A model generated the notes under the pieces. The model was not told where the DNA came from. It did no database searches and was given only the letters and a program-made list of their open reading frames with translations. This document shows positions 19,251 through 29,815 of a DNA stretch of 64,000 nt, in pieces. Position 1 is the stretch's first letter; each line of letters opens with the position of its first letter. Location of the stretch: positions 4,864,001-4,928,000 of the forward strand of contig OZ241867.1 in the NCBI GenBank assembly GCA_965203175.1, written 5' to 3'. Both the position numbers and the translations under genes were made by a program. The DNA comes from Candidatus Latescibacterota bacterium (GTDB lineage: Bacteria; Latescibacterota; UBA2968; UBA8231).

Positions 19251-19574
19251 TCAGGCGCTGAAGGACTCACCGCATCCGCAGGTGGTGCGGGCGTTGGGAT
19301 TTTCGATCTTAAAACCCGCCCCCATCAATCCGTCGTGGTAGTCGAGCGTCACGCCGTTGAGATAGAGGCTGCTCTTCATGTCGATGAAGACCTTGACGCC
19401 GTCGATCTCCAAGACGTGGTCCATGTCACCGGCGCTTTCCTCGAAATCCAGCTTGTACTGGAACCCCGAACACCCTCCACCCATCACACCCATGCGCAGC
19501 CCGTGCCCCTCGTTGCCCTGTTCGCTGAGCAGGTCCTTGATCTTCTCGGCCGCGATTTCCGTTATGGTTACCAT
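19251..19574 (-). CDS. iscA: A-type Fe-S carrier (IscA/ErpA/HesB)
   Basis: GGGCSGFQY and NPNARTTCGCGESF. Confidence 0.93.
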   Translation of the reverse strand: MVTITEIAAEKIKDLLSEQGNEGHGLRMGVMGGGCSGFQYKLDFEESAGDMDHVLEIDGVKVFIDMKSSLYLNGVTLDYHDGLMGAGFKIENPNARTTCGCGESFSA

Positions 19575-19593
19575 ATTATATTCCCTCATTCCC

Positions 19594-20055
19594 TCAAGAT
19601 TCGTAAATGGCGCATTCGATGAGGTCGGGAACCTCGTCGTGCCGCCGATAGACCTCGCAGTGGTGGCAATCCCGTTCGATGACCTTGACCTTACAACAAA
19701 AACAACCACTGAGAATTTCAATGGCTCGCCGGTTTCGCTCCTTCATCAGCGAATACTGGCGAATGCGCTCGTCGATCCGGCGCTCTTGCTCGGTTAGGTG
19801 CTCGACGAGCACGCGCGCCAAGCTGCCCCCCGATCCGTTACCGCGTTTCAGGTTGAAGAACGCGCTGATGTGCTCTAGCCCGAACCCCAAATCCTTGAGG
19901 CTTTGGACGATTTGCAAGCGGCGCAATTGCGCTTCTGAATACAGGCGAAACCCGCCTGCAGTGCGCTCCTCTGGCTCGACGATTCCCAATTCTTCATAAT
20001 AGCGAATCGTGCGCGGCGTGACCCCGGCCTTGGCGGCCAAATCCCCTATTTGCAT
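19594..20055 (-). CDS. MerR-family transcriptional regulator with Cys-rich C-terminus
   Basis: MQIGDLA..GVTPRTIRYYEELG..RTAGGFRLY; tail CFCC-x8-CHHC...C. Confidence 0.9.
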   Translation of the reverse strand: MQIGDLAAKAGVTPRTIRYYEELGIVEPEERTAGGFRLYSEAQLRRLQIVQSLKDLGFGLEHISAFFNLKRGNGSGGSLARVLVEHLTEQERRIDERIRQYSLMKERNRRAIEILSGCFCCKVKVIERDCHHCEVYRRHDEVPDLIECAIYES

Positions 20056-20096
20056 GGAGGCATCCTTCGCTGCGAAGTTCTGGCAAGCAATGTAGC

Positions 20097-20125
20097 AATG
20101 TACTTGACGTGAACGTAAGTGTCAA
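20097..20125 (-). promoter_or_regulatory. sigma70 promoter (TTGACA-N17-TACATT) overlapped by dyad TTGACGTGAACGTAAGTGTCAA, putative MerR operator
   Basis: TTGAC...GTCAA inverted repeat at 20104-20125 covers the -35 element and spacer; the inner TTGACGT-N2-ACGTAA resembles LiuR-type MerR boxes. Confidence 0.65.
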
Positions 20126-20285
20126 CGAATCGACAACAGACCTTATTTCTCTGATATTTTAAACCAACATCTCCGAAAGAGCGAGTATCCCAAGTCTCCT
20201 AGGCAACTTTAACCGTTCCCTAGCGTCTGAGTGGACATTGACTCTACTGCACAAAGAGTGAGTATCCCTGAGGAGATAACGCACA

Positions 20286-20855
20286 ATGGTCGCTCGCATT
20301 GCATTCTGCCTAGTCTGGCTAGCCACTCCACTTGCGGCTACTACAGTCCAGCGTTTCGATTTGGCGGCTCTGACCGCTAATGCCGAACGCATTGTCGTCG
20401 GAGTCTGTAGCCAAGCCCAGTCCCAATGGGTGCGCGGACAGATCTATACCCGCTATGTGTTCTCCGTTTCCCAAGCCATTAAAGGACCAGCGATTTCGCA
20501 ACTGGAATTGCACCTGCCCGGCGGCTATCTACAAGGCACTGTTACCCGTATCATTGGCATGCCCATCTTTGCCCCCGGTGACGAGGCCGTGCTCTTTCTC
20601 ACCGCGGCGAACGCATTGGGACATGCCTGGCCGGTCGGACTGGCCCAAGGACACTTCGCCATCAAGCGCAGCACCGCCAACAAACCACGCGTCTTCCAAG
20701 AGCTAGACGGCCTCACGCTGCACCCCGAGCCGCAAAGTGCGCCCAAAAAGACGCCGCCCGACGAACCGGTCCAAGGCATGCCGCTCGACCATTTTTTGGC
20801 GCGGGTGCGAGCCTTAACCGAAGACCAAAGCCCGGAGACGCGCGATGCGCATTAG
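20286..20855 (+). CDS. Secreted protein, putative NTR/TIMP-like OB-fold domain
   Basis: Signal peptide; pattern DLAALTANAERIVVG..IYT..F.V...IKG..LPGG..GMP.F.PG.EAVLFL; stop overlaps the protease start. Confidence 0.6.
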   Translation: MVARIAFCLVWLATPLAATTVQRFDLAALTANAERIVVGVCSQAQSQWVRGQIYTRYVFSVSQAIKGPAISQLELHLPGGYLQGTVTRIIGMPIFAPGDEAVLFLTAANALGHAWPVGLAQGHFAIKRSTANKPRVFQELDGLTLHPEPQSAPKKTPPDEPVQGMPLDHFLARVRALTEDQSPETRDAH

Positions 20856-23364
20856 CGGCCTGCTACTTGGCGGCCTGCTCGTCGCCATCCCCAGCCACGG
20901 CTTTCTCATTCAGACCGTTGAATCCCGATTTGGGCACCAAGTCCAGCAGACCTGGCGCCACCCCGGTCACATTCCCTTCGTGCTCCACGCCGCCGGTTCC
21001 GACGACCTATCCCCCACGCTGACCCATGCGTTGATCCGCGAAAGCTTTCAGGTCTGGAGTGACGTACCTACGGCGCGAGTGGACTTTGTCGATCAGGACA
21101 CAACCCGCAGCGTCCCAAGGCAAAGAGATGGGCGCAACCTGATCTACTTCGACGAGACAGGACGCTACCTAGACGCCCCACCCGAAACCGGCGTCATCGC
21201 CATAACCCGCATCCGGTCTCATTTCGAGACCGGCCATATCACGGACGCGGACATCATCTTTAACGGGCGCGACTTCCGCTTTTCCGCTAGCGACGACGAC
21301 GGAGACCGCTTGATAAATCTCAAAGACGTAGCCATCCACGAAATCGGTCACCTGCTCGGGCTTGAACACACCCCCCTCGACGGCCCTCCACACATCCGCC
21401 CGACCATGAACCCCTTCAACCACGGCGACGACTCCGGCGATGCGCAAAGCCTCGAACCCGACGACATCGCCGGTGTCAGCTTCCTCTATCCAGCCGTTGG
21501 CTACCAAGACAGCGTCGGCAGCATCGCTGGCCAAGTCCGCGACTTCGACCAACAGCCACTCTTCGGCACGCATATCAAGGCAGAAAACCTCGACACCGGT
21601 GAGCTGTTCAGCACTGTCTCGGGTGCCGACCCAAGTGCCGCCACGGCCGGGCACTACCGGCTGCACGGCTTGACGCCGGGCCGCTACCGCCTGAGCCTCG
21701 CGCCCATTGCAGGAGCGATTAACGAAGAAAACTTCGGCGGTGTTTTCACTGATTTTGTCACTGGATTCCCCGCAGAGTTCTACGACAACGCCCGCGACGA
21801 CGCCTACGCCCGCGTTCTCGATTTGGCCGCTGCCCAGCACATCGACGATGTCGATTTCATCAGCGATTTTGCCGTGCCCGGCTACCCCTTCGTCCTTCCC
21901 ATAGCGCTGATCACCAACACTCCCGATACCCAAGGCCCTTATACAGTGCGCATCAAAGCCCGCGATGCCGCCAGTTTATGGCTCCTCTATCAGATTGACG
22001 AAGGGAGCATACAGCACCTGCAGATGCTGCAACAAGATAGCCTCTTCGTCGCTCAAATTCCCGGACAGCATGTCGGCACGCGTATCGCCTATCAGATCGA
22101 GGCCCACGGCGACGACGGCAAGATCTCGTACTTTCCCTACGCGGACGCTTGGCTCGATTTCACGGTCGTCGAACTGACTGGGGGCCCGCTGGCCTTTACC
22201 GCCTTGCGCGGCGACGATGCCATCGGTGTCGTCGATACGGACACCCATCGCGAGCTAGCGCGCATTCCAGTCGGCGACGAGCCGATCCAAGTACTGCTAG
22301 CCGGCGATCAACTCTTCGTGTCCAACCTCTCGTCGAACGACCTCCGCATCATCGACACCGCGACCTTCCAGGTCCAAGCGCATATCGAGACTGCGGTCCA
22401 GCCCCTCGACTTAGCCCTCTCACCCGACGGCAAAACGCTCTACGCGACCAACTCGGGCACGAATGCGCTGACTATTGTCGATGTTGAGTCGGGTCAAGCG
22501 CGCACCGTTGAGATCGCCGATGCGAGTGAAGGACTATACGGCATTGCCGCCACCGCCGACAAGATATTCACCACCGATATCGCTGGTAGCCAAGTCCTCG
22601 CCCTCTCGCTGCAAGGCCGCATAACCGGCCGCATACCAGTGCCACCGAAACCACGCTCGCTCGCTCTTGCACCCGACGGCAAGACGCTGTACGTAACTAG
22701 TATGGACACGGGCCGCTTGACCGCCATCGACGCCGACGGCGCAACCATCTCGCGCTCCATCGACTTAGGAGTCAGCGGCACCTTTGCCATCGCGCCCAGC
22801 CCCGACGGTCGCAAGCTCTATTTGACCGCGTATAGCGAAGGCTCCCTCCTAGTCGTCGATGCGGCCAGCGGAACACTGCGCAAAAAGCTCGCCATCGGCC
22901 GCAACCCACGGGCCATTGCTTTCTCGCCCGACGGCACGCAGGTGTACGTCACCAGTTCCTTCTCCAATGAGATCCACATCGTCGATGCCGTGCGCGACAC
23001 CGTTGTCGGCCACTACGCAACCGGTCAGAATCCACGCGGCATTGCACTGGCGCAGCCAGTTTGGCCCGTGGCCATAGCCCAACCGACTCGCTTCGCCTTT
23101 GCGCCGACGTTCCCCAACCCCTTCAACGGCTCGACGCAAATCACCTATACACTCGCTACCGACATCTTGGTAGAACTGCGCGTGTACAACGCCCTCGGCC
23201 AAACTGTGCGCACCCTTTTGCACCAGTATCGGGAAGCGGGGACGCATCAGATTCATTGGGATGGAAAGGATGATCAAGGACGAGCGCTGGCCAGCGGCAC
23301 CTACTTGCTCATCATGCGCGCGGGCCCGGTCCGCCAAGCAACGAAGATGCTACTCCTGCGCTGA
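20845..23364 (+). CDS. Secreted matrixin (M10-like) metalloprotease with carboxypeptidase-regulatory-like domain, YVTN beta-propeller and FlgD/T9SS-like C-terminal domain
   Basis: DADIIFN, HEIGHLLGLEH, Met-turn TMNP, DDIAG; repeated SPDGKTLYVT blades; FPNPFN...VYNALGQ.VRTL...WDGKD..G..LASG.Y tail. Confidence 0.85.
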   Translation: MRISGLLLGGLLVAIPSHGFLIQTVESRFGHQVQQTWRHPGHIPFVLHAAGSDDLSPTLTHALIRESFQVWSDVPTARVDFVDQDTTRSVPRQRDGRNLIYFDETGRYLDAPPETGVIAITRIRSHFETGHITDADIIFNGRDFRFSASDDDGDRLINLKDVAIHEIGHLLGLEHTPLDGPPHIRPTMNPFNHGDDSGDAQSLEPDDIAGVSFLYPAVGYQDSVGSIAGQVRDFDQQPLFGTHIKAENLDTGELFSTVSGADPSAATAGHYRLHGLTPGRYRLSLAPIAGAINEENFGGVFTDFVTGFPAEFYDNARDDAYARVLDLAAAQHIDDVDFISDFAVPGYPFVLPIALITNTPDTQGPYTVRIKARDAASLWLLYQIDEGSIQHLQMLQQDSLFVAQIPGQHVGTRIAYQIEAHGDDGKISYFPYADAWLDFTVVELTGGPLAFTALRGDDAIGVVDTDTHRELARIPVGDEPIQVLLAGDQLFVSNLSSNDLRIIDTATFQVQAHIETAVQPLDLALSPDGKTLYATNSGTNALTIVDVESGQARTVEIADASEGLYGIAATADKIFTTDIAGSQVLALSLQGRITGRIPVPPKPRSLALAPDGKTLYVTSMDTGRLTAIDADGATISRSIDLGVSGTFAIAPSPDGRKLYLTAYSEGSLLVVDAASGTLRKKLAIGRNPRAIAFSPDGTQVYVTSSFSNEIHIVDAVRDTVVGHYATGQNPRGIALAQPVWPVAIAQPTRFAFAPTFPNPFNGSTQITYTLATDILVELRVYNALGQTVRTLLHQYREAGTHQIHWDGKDDQGRALASGTYLLIMRAGPVRQATKMLLLR

Positions 23365-24303
23365 TTCTACTGGCTCGATAAACCCATCGACGCTAAAATA
23401 GCGAAATCCAGTATCGCAGAGCATGGTCACCAGCCGGGCTTCTGGGCCTAGGGCACTGGCCACCTGCAAGCTAGCCGCCACATTGGCCCCGGACGACGGC
23501 CCCAACAGCAATCCTTCCTCGCGGGCCAAGCGGCGGGTGTAGTAAAAGGCCTCGTCGTCGTCTATCTGCACGATCTGGTCAATCAGCTCCCGGTCGAGGA
23601 CTTCAGGGACAAAACCCGCGCCAATCCCCTGAATGCCGTGCAAATCGGCCGCGCCCCCTGAAAGTACGGGCGAGCGCTTAGGCTCGACCGCTACTAGGCG
23701 CACTTCCGGCACGGCCTGCTTGAGCACCTCCCCAACGCCAGTTATGGTGCCACCAGTCCCCACCCCGGCGACAAAGGCGTCTAACTCACCTCCGGTGGCC
23801 GCGAGAATCTCCTCGGCCGTGGCCCGGCGATGGGCCTCCGGGTTGGCCGGGTTAGAAAATTGCTGGGGAATAAACACGCCCTCGAGATCGGAGGCCTTGA
23901 GTTCTTCAGCCTTGCGTATGGCCCCCGGCATGTCTTCGGCTGCGGGCGTCAACGCGATCTCCGCGCCGTAACTGGCCATGACCTGCCGCCGCTCCAAGCT
24001 CATGCTCTCGGGCATGGTTAGCACTAGTCGGTAGCCCAGGACGGCCGCGACGAGAGCCAGCGCGATCCCGGTATTGCCGCTGGTAGGCTCGACGATGGTC
24101 ATGCCCTTTTTGAGCTGGCCGGCTGCCTCGGCGGCGCGGATCATGCTGACGCCGATGCGGTCTTTGACGCTGCCGGTTGGGTTGCATGCTTCGAGTTTGC
24201 CGTAGAGTCGGCTGCCGTTGGCGGGCGCGACGCGGTAGAGGTGCACGAGGGGCGTGTCCCCCACTAACTGCAACAAGTCGTCTGCGATCTTGCGCTTGCT
24301 CAT
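23350..24303 (-). CDS. cysK: Cysteine synthase A
   Basis: [33 protein letters not shown]. Confidence 0.93.
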   Translation of the reverse strand: MSKRKIADDLLQLVGDTPLVHLYRVAPANGSRLYGKLEACNPTGSVKDRIGVSMIRAAEAAGQLKKGMTIVEPTSGNTGIALALVAAVLGYRLVLTMPESMSLERRQVMASYGAEIALTPAAEDMPGAIRKAEELKASDLEGVFIPQQFSNPANPEAHRRATAEEILAATGGELDAFVAGVGTGGTITGVGEVLKQAVPEVRLVAVEPKRSPVLSGGAADLHGIQGIGAGFVPEVLDRELIDQIVQIDDDEAFYYTRRLAREEGLLLGPSSGANVAASLQVASALGPEARLVTMLCDTGFRYFSVDGFIEPVESAQE

Positions 24304-26360
24304 CCCTCGGCCTTCAGCTGCTCCACCAAGTCTGCGGTCGTAGCTAGTGGCCGCGAGCAGGTCGCGTCGCGGCACACGTACGCCCGACCGCCGACCGCCA
24401 GCTTACCCTCCAGCAGCGGCAACGCAGCCTCGGCTTCATCCGCCCCAACGCCAGCAGCTAACACGACTTTATTGGGCACCAAGCACCGGTGCAGCGCGGC
24501 TGCAAAAACACGACATTCGGCTTGGTCCCCTACCAAGGCGACCTCCGTGGGCTTAGCCAAGTAAAAGTCGAGGGCACAGAGCATCTGCGCTCCAGCAGAA
24601 GGAGCGCGGCGCAATAGCTGCTCAAAGAGGACGAGCGTCTGCTCGCCCTGCTGCCACAACGCCTGATCGCCCTTCATCGCCCCCAAGCGCAAAAGGGCTA
24701 ACGCACCCAGCGAGTTGCCCGAGGGCGTGGCGTTGTCAAATGGATTCTTAGTGCGCACGATCAAGTCGGTCGCCTCAGCTCCTGCATAGAAAAATCCCCC
24801 GTGTTCCCCATCCCAAAACCGCGCGATCATCTCGGCAGCCCAGTGATCGGCTGCGGCAAAGAAACGCAATTCGAAACTCGCCTCATATAGGTCGAGCAGG
24901 CCGTTGATCAAACAGGCGTGATCGTCCTGATAGGCCGGAATCCGCGCCTGACCATCCTTGTAGGTATGCAGGAGACAGCCGTCGCAGACCATGCGGTCTA
25001 AAATAAAGTCAGCCGCCTCGACAGCCGCTCGCAGGTAGCGATCCTCCCCGATAACCTGATAGGCGCGGGCCATCGCGCTGATCATCAGCCCATTCCAAGC
25101 CGTCAAAATTTTGTCGTCGCGCCCGGGAGCAACGCGCTGTTGCCGCGCCGCAAGCAGGACCTCGCACCCGCGCTCTACGACTTGTGCCAGCCGCTCCGGC
25201 TCTACCTTGAGAAAGCGCGCAACCTCTTCCAGCTCGTTTTCCACGTGCAAGATACTGCGCCCGTGCTCGAAGTTGCCCTCGGGGACAACGCCGTAATAGC
25301 GGGCAAAAAGCGCGGCATCTTCTTCGCCCAACAGATCCTCAATCTCCTCTAAAAGCCAAGTAAAAAACAGGCCTTCTTCGCCCTCGCTGTCCGCGTCCTG
25401 CGCCGCGTAGAAGCCGCCTTCGGGCTGCGTCATCTCGCGCAGCACATAGCCGAGGGTGTGCTCGACGACCTCGCGGTAGAATTCGTCTTGGGTCGCCTGA
25501 TAGGCTTCGAGGTAGGTCCACACCAGCAAAGCATTGTCGTAGAGCATTTTCTCAAAGTGCGGAACTAACCAGCGCTCGTCCACTGAGTAGCGGTGAAAAC
25601 CCCCGCCAAGCTGGTCGTACATCCCTCCCCTAGCCATGCGCTTGAGCGTGTGCTCAGCAATTTCTAGCGCGCGCTGGTCACCTCGTCTGGCATAGCGCCG
25701 CAACAACAGGGACAAGCTCATACTCGGCGGAAATTTGGGCGCGCCGCCAAATCCTCCAAACCTAGAGTCGTATGTAGATTTGAGCTGCGCACAAGCCCCG
25801 TCGAGGACCTCTTCTCCAGGGACGCCGCCCGGCATCAAAAACTCGGCGTGTTGCTGGAGCGCGCGCATGAGTTCAGCGGTTTTTTCAGCGACGCCAGCGC
25901 GATTTTCCCGGTAGTAATCCGCTATCGCCTGGAGCACCCTGGGAAAACCCGGCCGCCCATGACGGTCTTCGGGGGGAAAGTACGTCCCTCCGTAAAAAGG
26001 CTGCAAATCCGGCGTTAAAAACACCGTCATCGGCCAGCCACCTTGGCCGGTCATGGCCTGTACGGCCGTCATGTAAATCTCATCGACATCGGGTCTTTCT
26101 TCGCGATCGACCTTGATGTTGATAAAGTGCTCGTTCATGCGCTGGGCGATCTGCTCATCCTCAAAGGATTCGCGCTCCATGACGTGGCACCAATGACAGG
26201 CGGAATATCCCACTGAGAGCAAGATGGGCCGATCTGCGGCCCGGGCCGCCGCTAGCGCCTCCTCACCCCAGGGATACCAATCGACGGGATTGTGGGCGTG
26301 CTGGCGCAAGTACGGGCTGGATTCGTCGGCGAGGCGGTTGGTGTGCTTGGGGGTAGACAT
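24300..26360 (-). CDS. yyaL: Thioredoxin domain-containing protein YyaL/SPATA20 (DUF255 + six-hairpin glycosidase-like)
   Basis: [40 protein letters not shown]. Confidence 0.93.
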   Translation of the reverse strand: MSTPKHTNRLADESSPYLRQHAHNPVDWYPWGEEALAAARAADRPILLSVGYSACHWCHVMERESFEDEQIAQRMNEHFINIKVDREERPDVDEIYMTAVQAMTGQGGWPMTVFLTPDLQPFYGGTYFPPEDRHGRPGFPRVLQAIADYYRENRAGVAEKTAELMRALQQHAEFLMPGGVPGEEVLDGACAQLKSTYDSRFGGFGGAPKFPPSMSLSLLLRRYARRGDQRALEIAEHTLKRMARGGMYDQLGGGFHRYSVDERWLVPHFEKMLYDNALLVWTYLEAYQATQDEFYREVVEHTLGYVLREMTQPEGGFYAAQDADSEGEEGLFFTWLLEEIEDLLGEEDAALFARYYGVVPEGNFEHGRSILHVENELEEVARFLKVEPERLAQVVERGCEVLLAARQQRVAPGRDDKILTAWNGLMISAMARAYQVIGEDRYLRAAVEAADFILDRMVCDGCLLHTYKDGQARIPAYQDDHACLINGLLDLYEASFELRFFAAADHWAAEMIARFWDGEHGGFFYAGAEATDLIVRTKNPFDNATPSGNSLGALALLRLGAMKGDQALWQQGEQTLVLFEQLLRRAPSAGAQMLCALDFYLAKPTEVALVGDQAECRVFAAALHRCLVPNKVVLAAGVGADEAEAALPLLEGKLAVGGRAYVCRDATCSRPLATTADLVEQLKAEG

Positions 26361-26406
26361 AGTATTAATAATACGATTCGCTGGGCGTTGGCGATAGGGC
26401 TACGAC

Positions 26407-27873
26407 CTATTTCCGTCGCGTCTGCAGATAGTCTTCTAGATCGCCGACGATAGCGCGGAAGTGCCGCTCTGCCTCCGTGCGAAATTCCGCCCTCTCGCGG
26501 CGGCAGTGCAGGGGCCAGACTTGCTCCCGATAGCGCCTTTCGAGGGCATCCTGATAGGCCGAGGGCAAGGCCGCAATCTGCAACGCGCGAATTTCGCCAA
26601 AGCTGATATTCGGCGTGCCCACTCCGTTGGCGTAGGCGGCGATCTGCTCGCGGCCCAGCCGCGTTTTGAAAAAGAACCAAGCGTAAAATGGATTGAGCCC
26701 TTCCAAGCGAATCAGATCGACAAAACAACCTACATTGGCCGGCCTGCTCCCCAAATACACCGCGAGGCGGTTCCGCCCCAAGGCACCGGCACCGGACCGC
26801 GATAACAGCAAGTCCCCGGGGCGCACGCGGCTGCGCGGGGGATCGTGCACACCTGCGGGTGCGACGCACAAAAGCGCGCGCTCGTCGAGTCCGGTTTCGG
26901 CGATGTCGCCCTGCCGGATAACCGGCACTCCAGCTTCTACGTGCTGAGGGCGGCCGCCCGTGACAATCGGCCCGTACGTCAAATGGCAGATGTATTCTCC
27001 CAACGGGACCAGTCGCAAACGGCCCGCCAAGCGGCGCACGGCCGCGCGCCCTTGCCAGAAGCGCGGGTCCCAACGCCGGGTGTGCAGCGCGCGCTGCCCT
27101 ACGCTCAAGAGCGAGGCCTCTGGACCTCGGCGGGCCGGAGTGCCAAGCAAGAGCTGGGTGCGCTGTGCGTACTGCTCTACGCTCGGCCTCTTCCCGACTG
27201 GTGCGATCAGTCGCGCCTTGGTCCGAGCCAGCGGCTTGCTGCGGCGCAAGACTACCAAGGCCGTCTGCACCTTGTCGAAGGCTCCAGGCAAAGCGACGAC
27301 GGCCCGCACTTCAGCGCGTGCTAATAGCCAGTCGCGCATGTCTTGCCGTCGGGCATTGGCGAAGAATCCCTCGGGCAATATCAGGGCCATCCAACCAGCG
27401 GGCCGAGTCAGTTGCAGTGCGCGCTCGACAAAAAGCGACTCCACTGGGAAGGCGCGCATCTGCTTTTGTCCATCGAGCAGCCTAAAGCGCCGGACGAGCC
27501 GACAAGGTCCATCCGCCCCGAACAAGGGCAGCATCGGCCCCAATTTGCCAAAAGGCGGGTTGGCCAACACGCAATCGAACGACTCGTCCTCCACCTCGGG
27601 AAAGGTGCCGAGCAAGCCGTCGCCGGTGTAAAAGCAATCTGCCTGACTGCTCCCTCGCTCGGCTAGGCCCTCGTCAATCTCAATGCCCATGGTCTGATAA
27701 GCTCGCCCAACGACGGCCAACAATGCCCCTTCGCCCGCCGCTGGATCAACCACGCGTGCGCCAGCACCTAGATCTTTTCCCGCGAGCGTGCACACCGCGT
27801 TCCAAGCCAGTTGTGCTACCGCTATAGGTGTAAAGTGCTGCGCTAGTGTATTCGCGTTTCCCGCGTTACTCAT
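26407..27873 (-). CDS. N6-adenine DNA methyltransferase fused to HsdS-like target recognition domain
   Basis: QHFTP, DPAAGEG (motif I), ANPPF (motif IV); C-terminal TRD-like GDLLLSRSG...GTPNI. Confidence 0.8.
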   Translation of the reverse strand: MSNAGNANTLAQHFTPIAVAQLAWNAVCTLAGKDLGAGARVVDPAAGEGALLAVVGRAYQTMGIEIDEGLAERGSSQADCFYTGDGLLGTFPEVEDESFDCVLANPPFGKLGPMLPLFGADGPCRLVRRFRLLDGQKQMRAFPVESLFVERALQLTRPAGWMALILPEGFFANARRQDMRDWLLARAEVRAVVALPGAFDKVQTALVVLRRSKPLARTKARLIAPVGKRPSVEQYAQRTQLLLGTPARRGPEASLLSVGQRALHTRRWDPRFWQGRAAVRRLAGRLRLVPLGEYICHLTYGPIVTGGRPQHVEAGVPVIRQGDIAETGLDERALLCVAPAGVHDPPRSRVRPGDLLLSRSGAGALGRNRLAVYLGSRPANVGCFVDLIRLEGLNPFYAWFFFKTRLGREQIAAYANGVGTPNISFGEIRALQIAALPSAYQDALERRYREQVWPLHCRRERAEFRTEAERHFRAIVGDLEDYLQTRRK

Positions 27874-27972
27874 TGGTGTATCCTATTGGGGGCAGTGGCC
27901 GCTTATTGCGGCCTGTCAAACAGCCTCTATAACAAATTGCCGAACAAACCATTGGATACTTAGTCGGCTCGC

Positions 27973-27988
27973 TGGCACACTTTCTGCT
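27973..27988 (+). promoter_or_regulatory. Putative sigma54 (-24/-12) promoter of ssb
   Basis: TGGCAC-ACTTT-CTGCT with exact GG-N10-GC spacing, about 75 bp upstream of the ssb start. Confidence 0.6.
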
Positions 27989-28061
27989 AGTACCATATCC
28001 ACGCGGTCCGCCAACGGACGCCTCACTCATTCATTCACGCTCTTCTATCAGGAGGAACCTC

Positions 28062-28463
28062 ATGCCGACCTTAAGGATGCCCAACATCAACCAAGTCGCC
28101 CTCAGCGGTCGCTTGGTGCAAGATCCCGACTTCCGCTTCATGGACAGCGGCGCTGCCCGCTTGCGGGGGCGGATCGCCGTCAACCGCTCCTATCGCGATC
28201 GCAATCAAGAATGGCAAGAGGAGACCTCCTTCTTCGACATCGTCCTCTGGCAGAAAGCCGCTGAGACCTTGGCCAAACGCCTGCACAAGGGCACGCCGGT
28301 CTTCATCACCGGCCGCCTGCAAAGCCACTCTTGGCGCGGCGACGACGACCAGCCCCGCTTCCGCGTCCAAGTGCAAGTGCGGAATCTGCAAGTTCTAGAA
28401 AAAGATGAGGAAGACATGCAGGAGGAAGGCGTGCAGGAAGAAACCGCCCTCCGAGTGGCTTGA
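28062..28463 (+). CDS. ssb: Single-stranded DNA-binding protein (short, without DDIPF tip)
   Basis: [38 protein letters not shown]; SD AGGAGG upstream. Confidence 0.9.
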   Translation: MPTLRMPNINQVALSGRLVQDPDFRFMDSGAARLRGRIAVNRSYRDRNQEWQEETSFFDIVLWQKAAETLAKRLHKGTPVFITGRLQSHSWRGDDDQPRFRVQVQVRNLQVLEKDEEDMQEEGVQEETALRVA

Positions 28464-28532
28464 GCAAGGAATGCGCGCGGGCAGGCGGGTGCAGTCGGCG
28501 GACGAACGAGACGCGCCGCGCCCAGCCCGCGC

Positions 28533-29714
28533 TTATTCCATTCGCTCAAAGAGCGCGGCAATGCCCATCCCTCCGCCAATGCACAGCGCGGCTATACCCA
28601 ACCGGACGCTGTGCTGTTGCATCTGGTGCAAAAGCGTGGTGGCGATGCGCGCGCCGCTGGCACCGACGGCGTGGCCGATGGCAATGGCCCCGCCTTGGAC
28701 ATTGACCTTGTCCCAGTCCCAATCCAGCTCCCGGCCCACAGCAAGGCTCTGGGCAGCAAACGCTTCGTTGAGTTCGATCCGATCCACGTCTGCGAGCCGG
28801 ATACCGGTCTGGGCCAACAGTTTGCGGATCGCTGGGGCCGGTCCGATGCCCATAATGCGGGGATCGACGCCAGCACTGGCTGTGCCCCGGAGATAGGCCA
28901 GCGGCACCAACCCGCGCGCCTTGGCCCCTTCTTCAGTCATCAACAGCAGCGCGGCAGCACCATCGTTGATTCCCGAAGCATTGCCCGCGGTCACGGTCCC
29001 TTCTTTTTTGAACGCCGGCTTGAGCTGACTTAGTTGCTCGACGGTGGTACCGGGACGCGGATGCTCATCTGTTGCAAAGACGGTCTCCCCACCTTTTTGC
29101 GCGATGGATATGGGCACAATCTGGCCTGCAAATGCCTCTTGCTCTTGGGCGCTGGTCCACCGCTGTTGACTCCGTGCGGCGAATTGGTCCTGCTCGGCGC
29201 GGGTAATCTCGTATTCTGCGGCCAAGTTTTCGGCTGTAACCCCCATGTGGCAGTCGTAAAAACAATCCCACAGCCCATCGAGCAGCAGCATGTCCTCAAC
29301 TTGGCCGTGTCCCAGTCGCTGCCCCCATCGCCCCCCGTGCAAGACGTAGGGTGCCTGACTCATATTCTCCATGCCCCCCGCCAGCACTACCTCGGCCTCG
29401 CCGACCCGCAGGCTCTGAGCGGCCAGCGCAATCGCCTTCAGCCCCGAACCGCAGAGTTTGTTGACCGTCATTGACGGCACCTCGTACGGCAGTCCGGCGG
29501 CGATGGCCGCCTGCCGCGCCGGATTGGCCCCGGCCCCGCCCTGATAGACCATGCCCATCAGCACTTCATCTACTTCGCTCGCTTCCACTTGGCACTCCGC
29601 CAATGCCGCGACGAGCACCTTGCCACCCAACTCCACCGCCGTCACGTCTTGCAGCGCACCGCCAAAGCGGCCCGTAGCCGTGCGCCGGGCACTGACTACA
29701 ACTGGATCTGCCAT
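28533..29714 (-). CDS. atoB: Acetyl-CoA C-acetyltransferase (thiolase)
   Basis: [38 protein letters not shown]. Confidence 0.93.
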   Translation of the reverse strand: MADPVVVSARRTATGRFGGALQDVTAVELGGKVLVAALAECQVEASEVDEVLMGMVYQGGAGANPARQAAIAAGLPYEVPSMTVNKLCGSGLKAIALAAQSLRVGEAEVVLAGGMENMSQAPYVLHGGRWGQRLGHGQVEDMLLLDGLWDCFYDCHMGVTAENLAAEYEITRAEQDQFAARSQQRWTSAQEQEAFAGQIVPISIAQKGGETVFATDEHPRPGTTVEQLSQLKPAFKKEGTVTAGNASGINDGAAALLLMTEEGAKARGLVPLAYLRGTASAGVDPRIMGIGPAPAIRKLLAQTGIRLADVDRIELNEAFAAQSLAVGRELDWDWDKVNVQGGAIAIGHAVGASGARIATTLLHQMQQHSVRLGIAALCIGGGMGIAALFERME

Positions 29715-29815
29715 GATTTAACCTCTATTTCGTTGACGCAGCTAGCTGTGCTGCGTATTTTTTTAACCTCATAACGTAAGCTCGGAACCGAGTTTACAGA
29801 AAGGACGCTGCCGTT

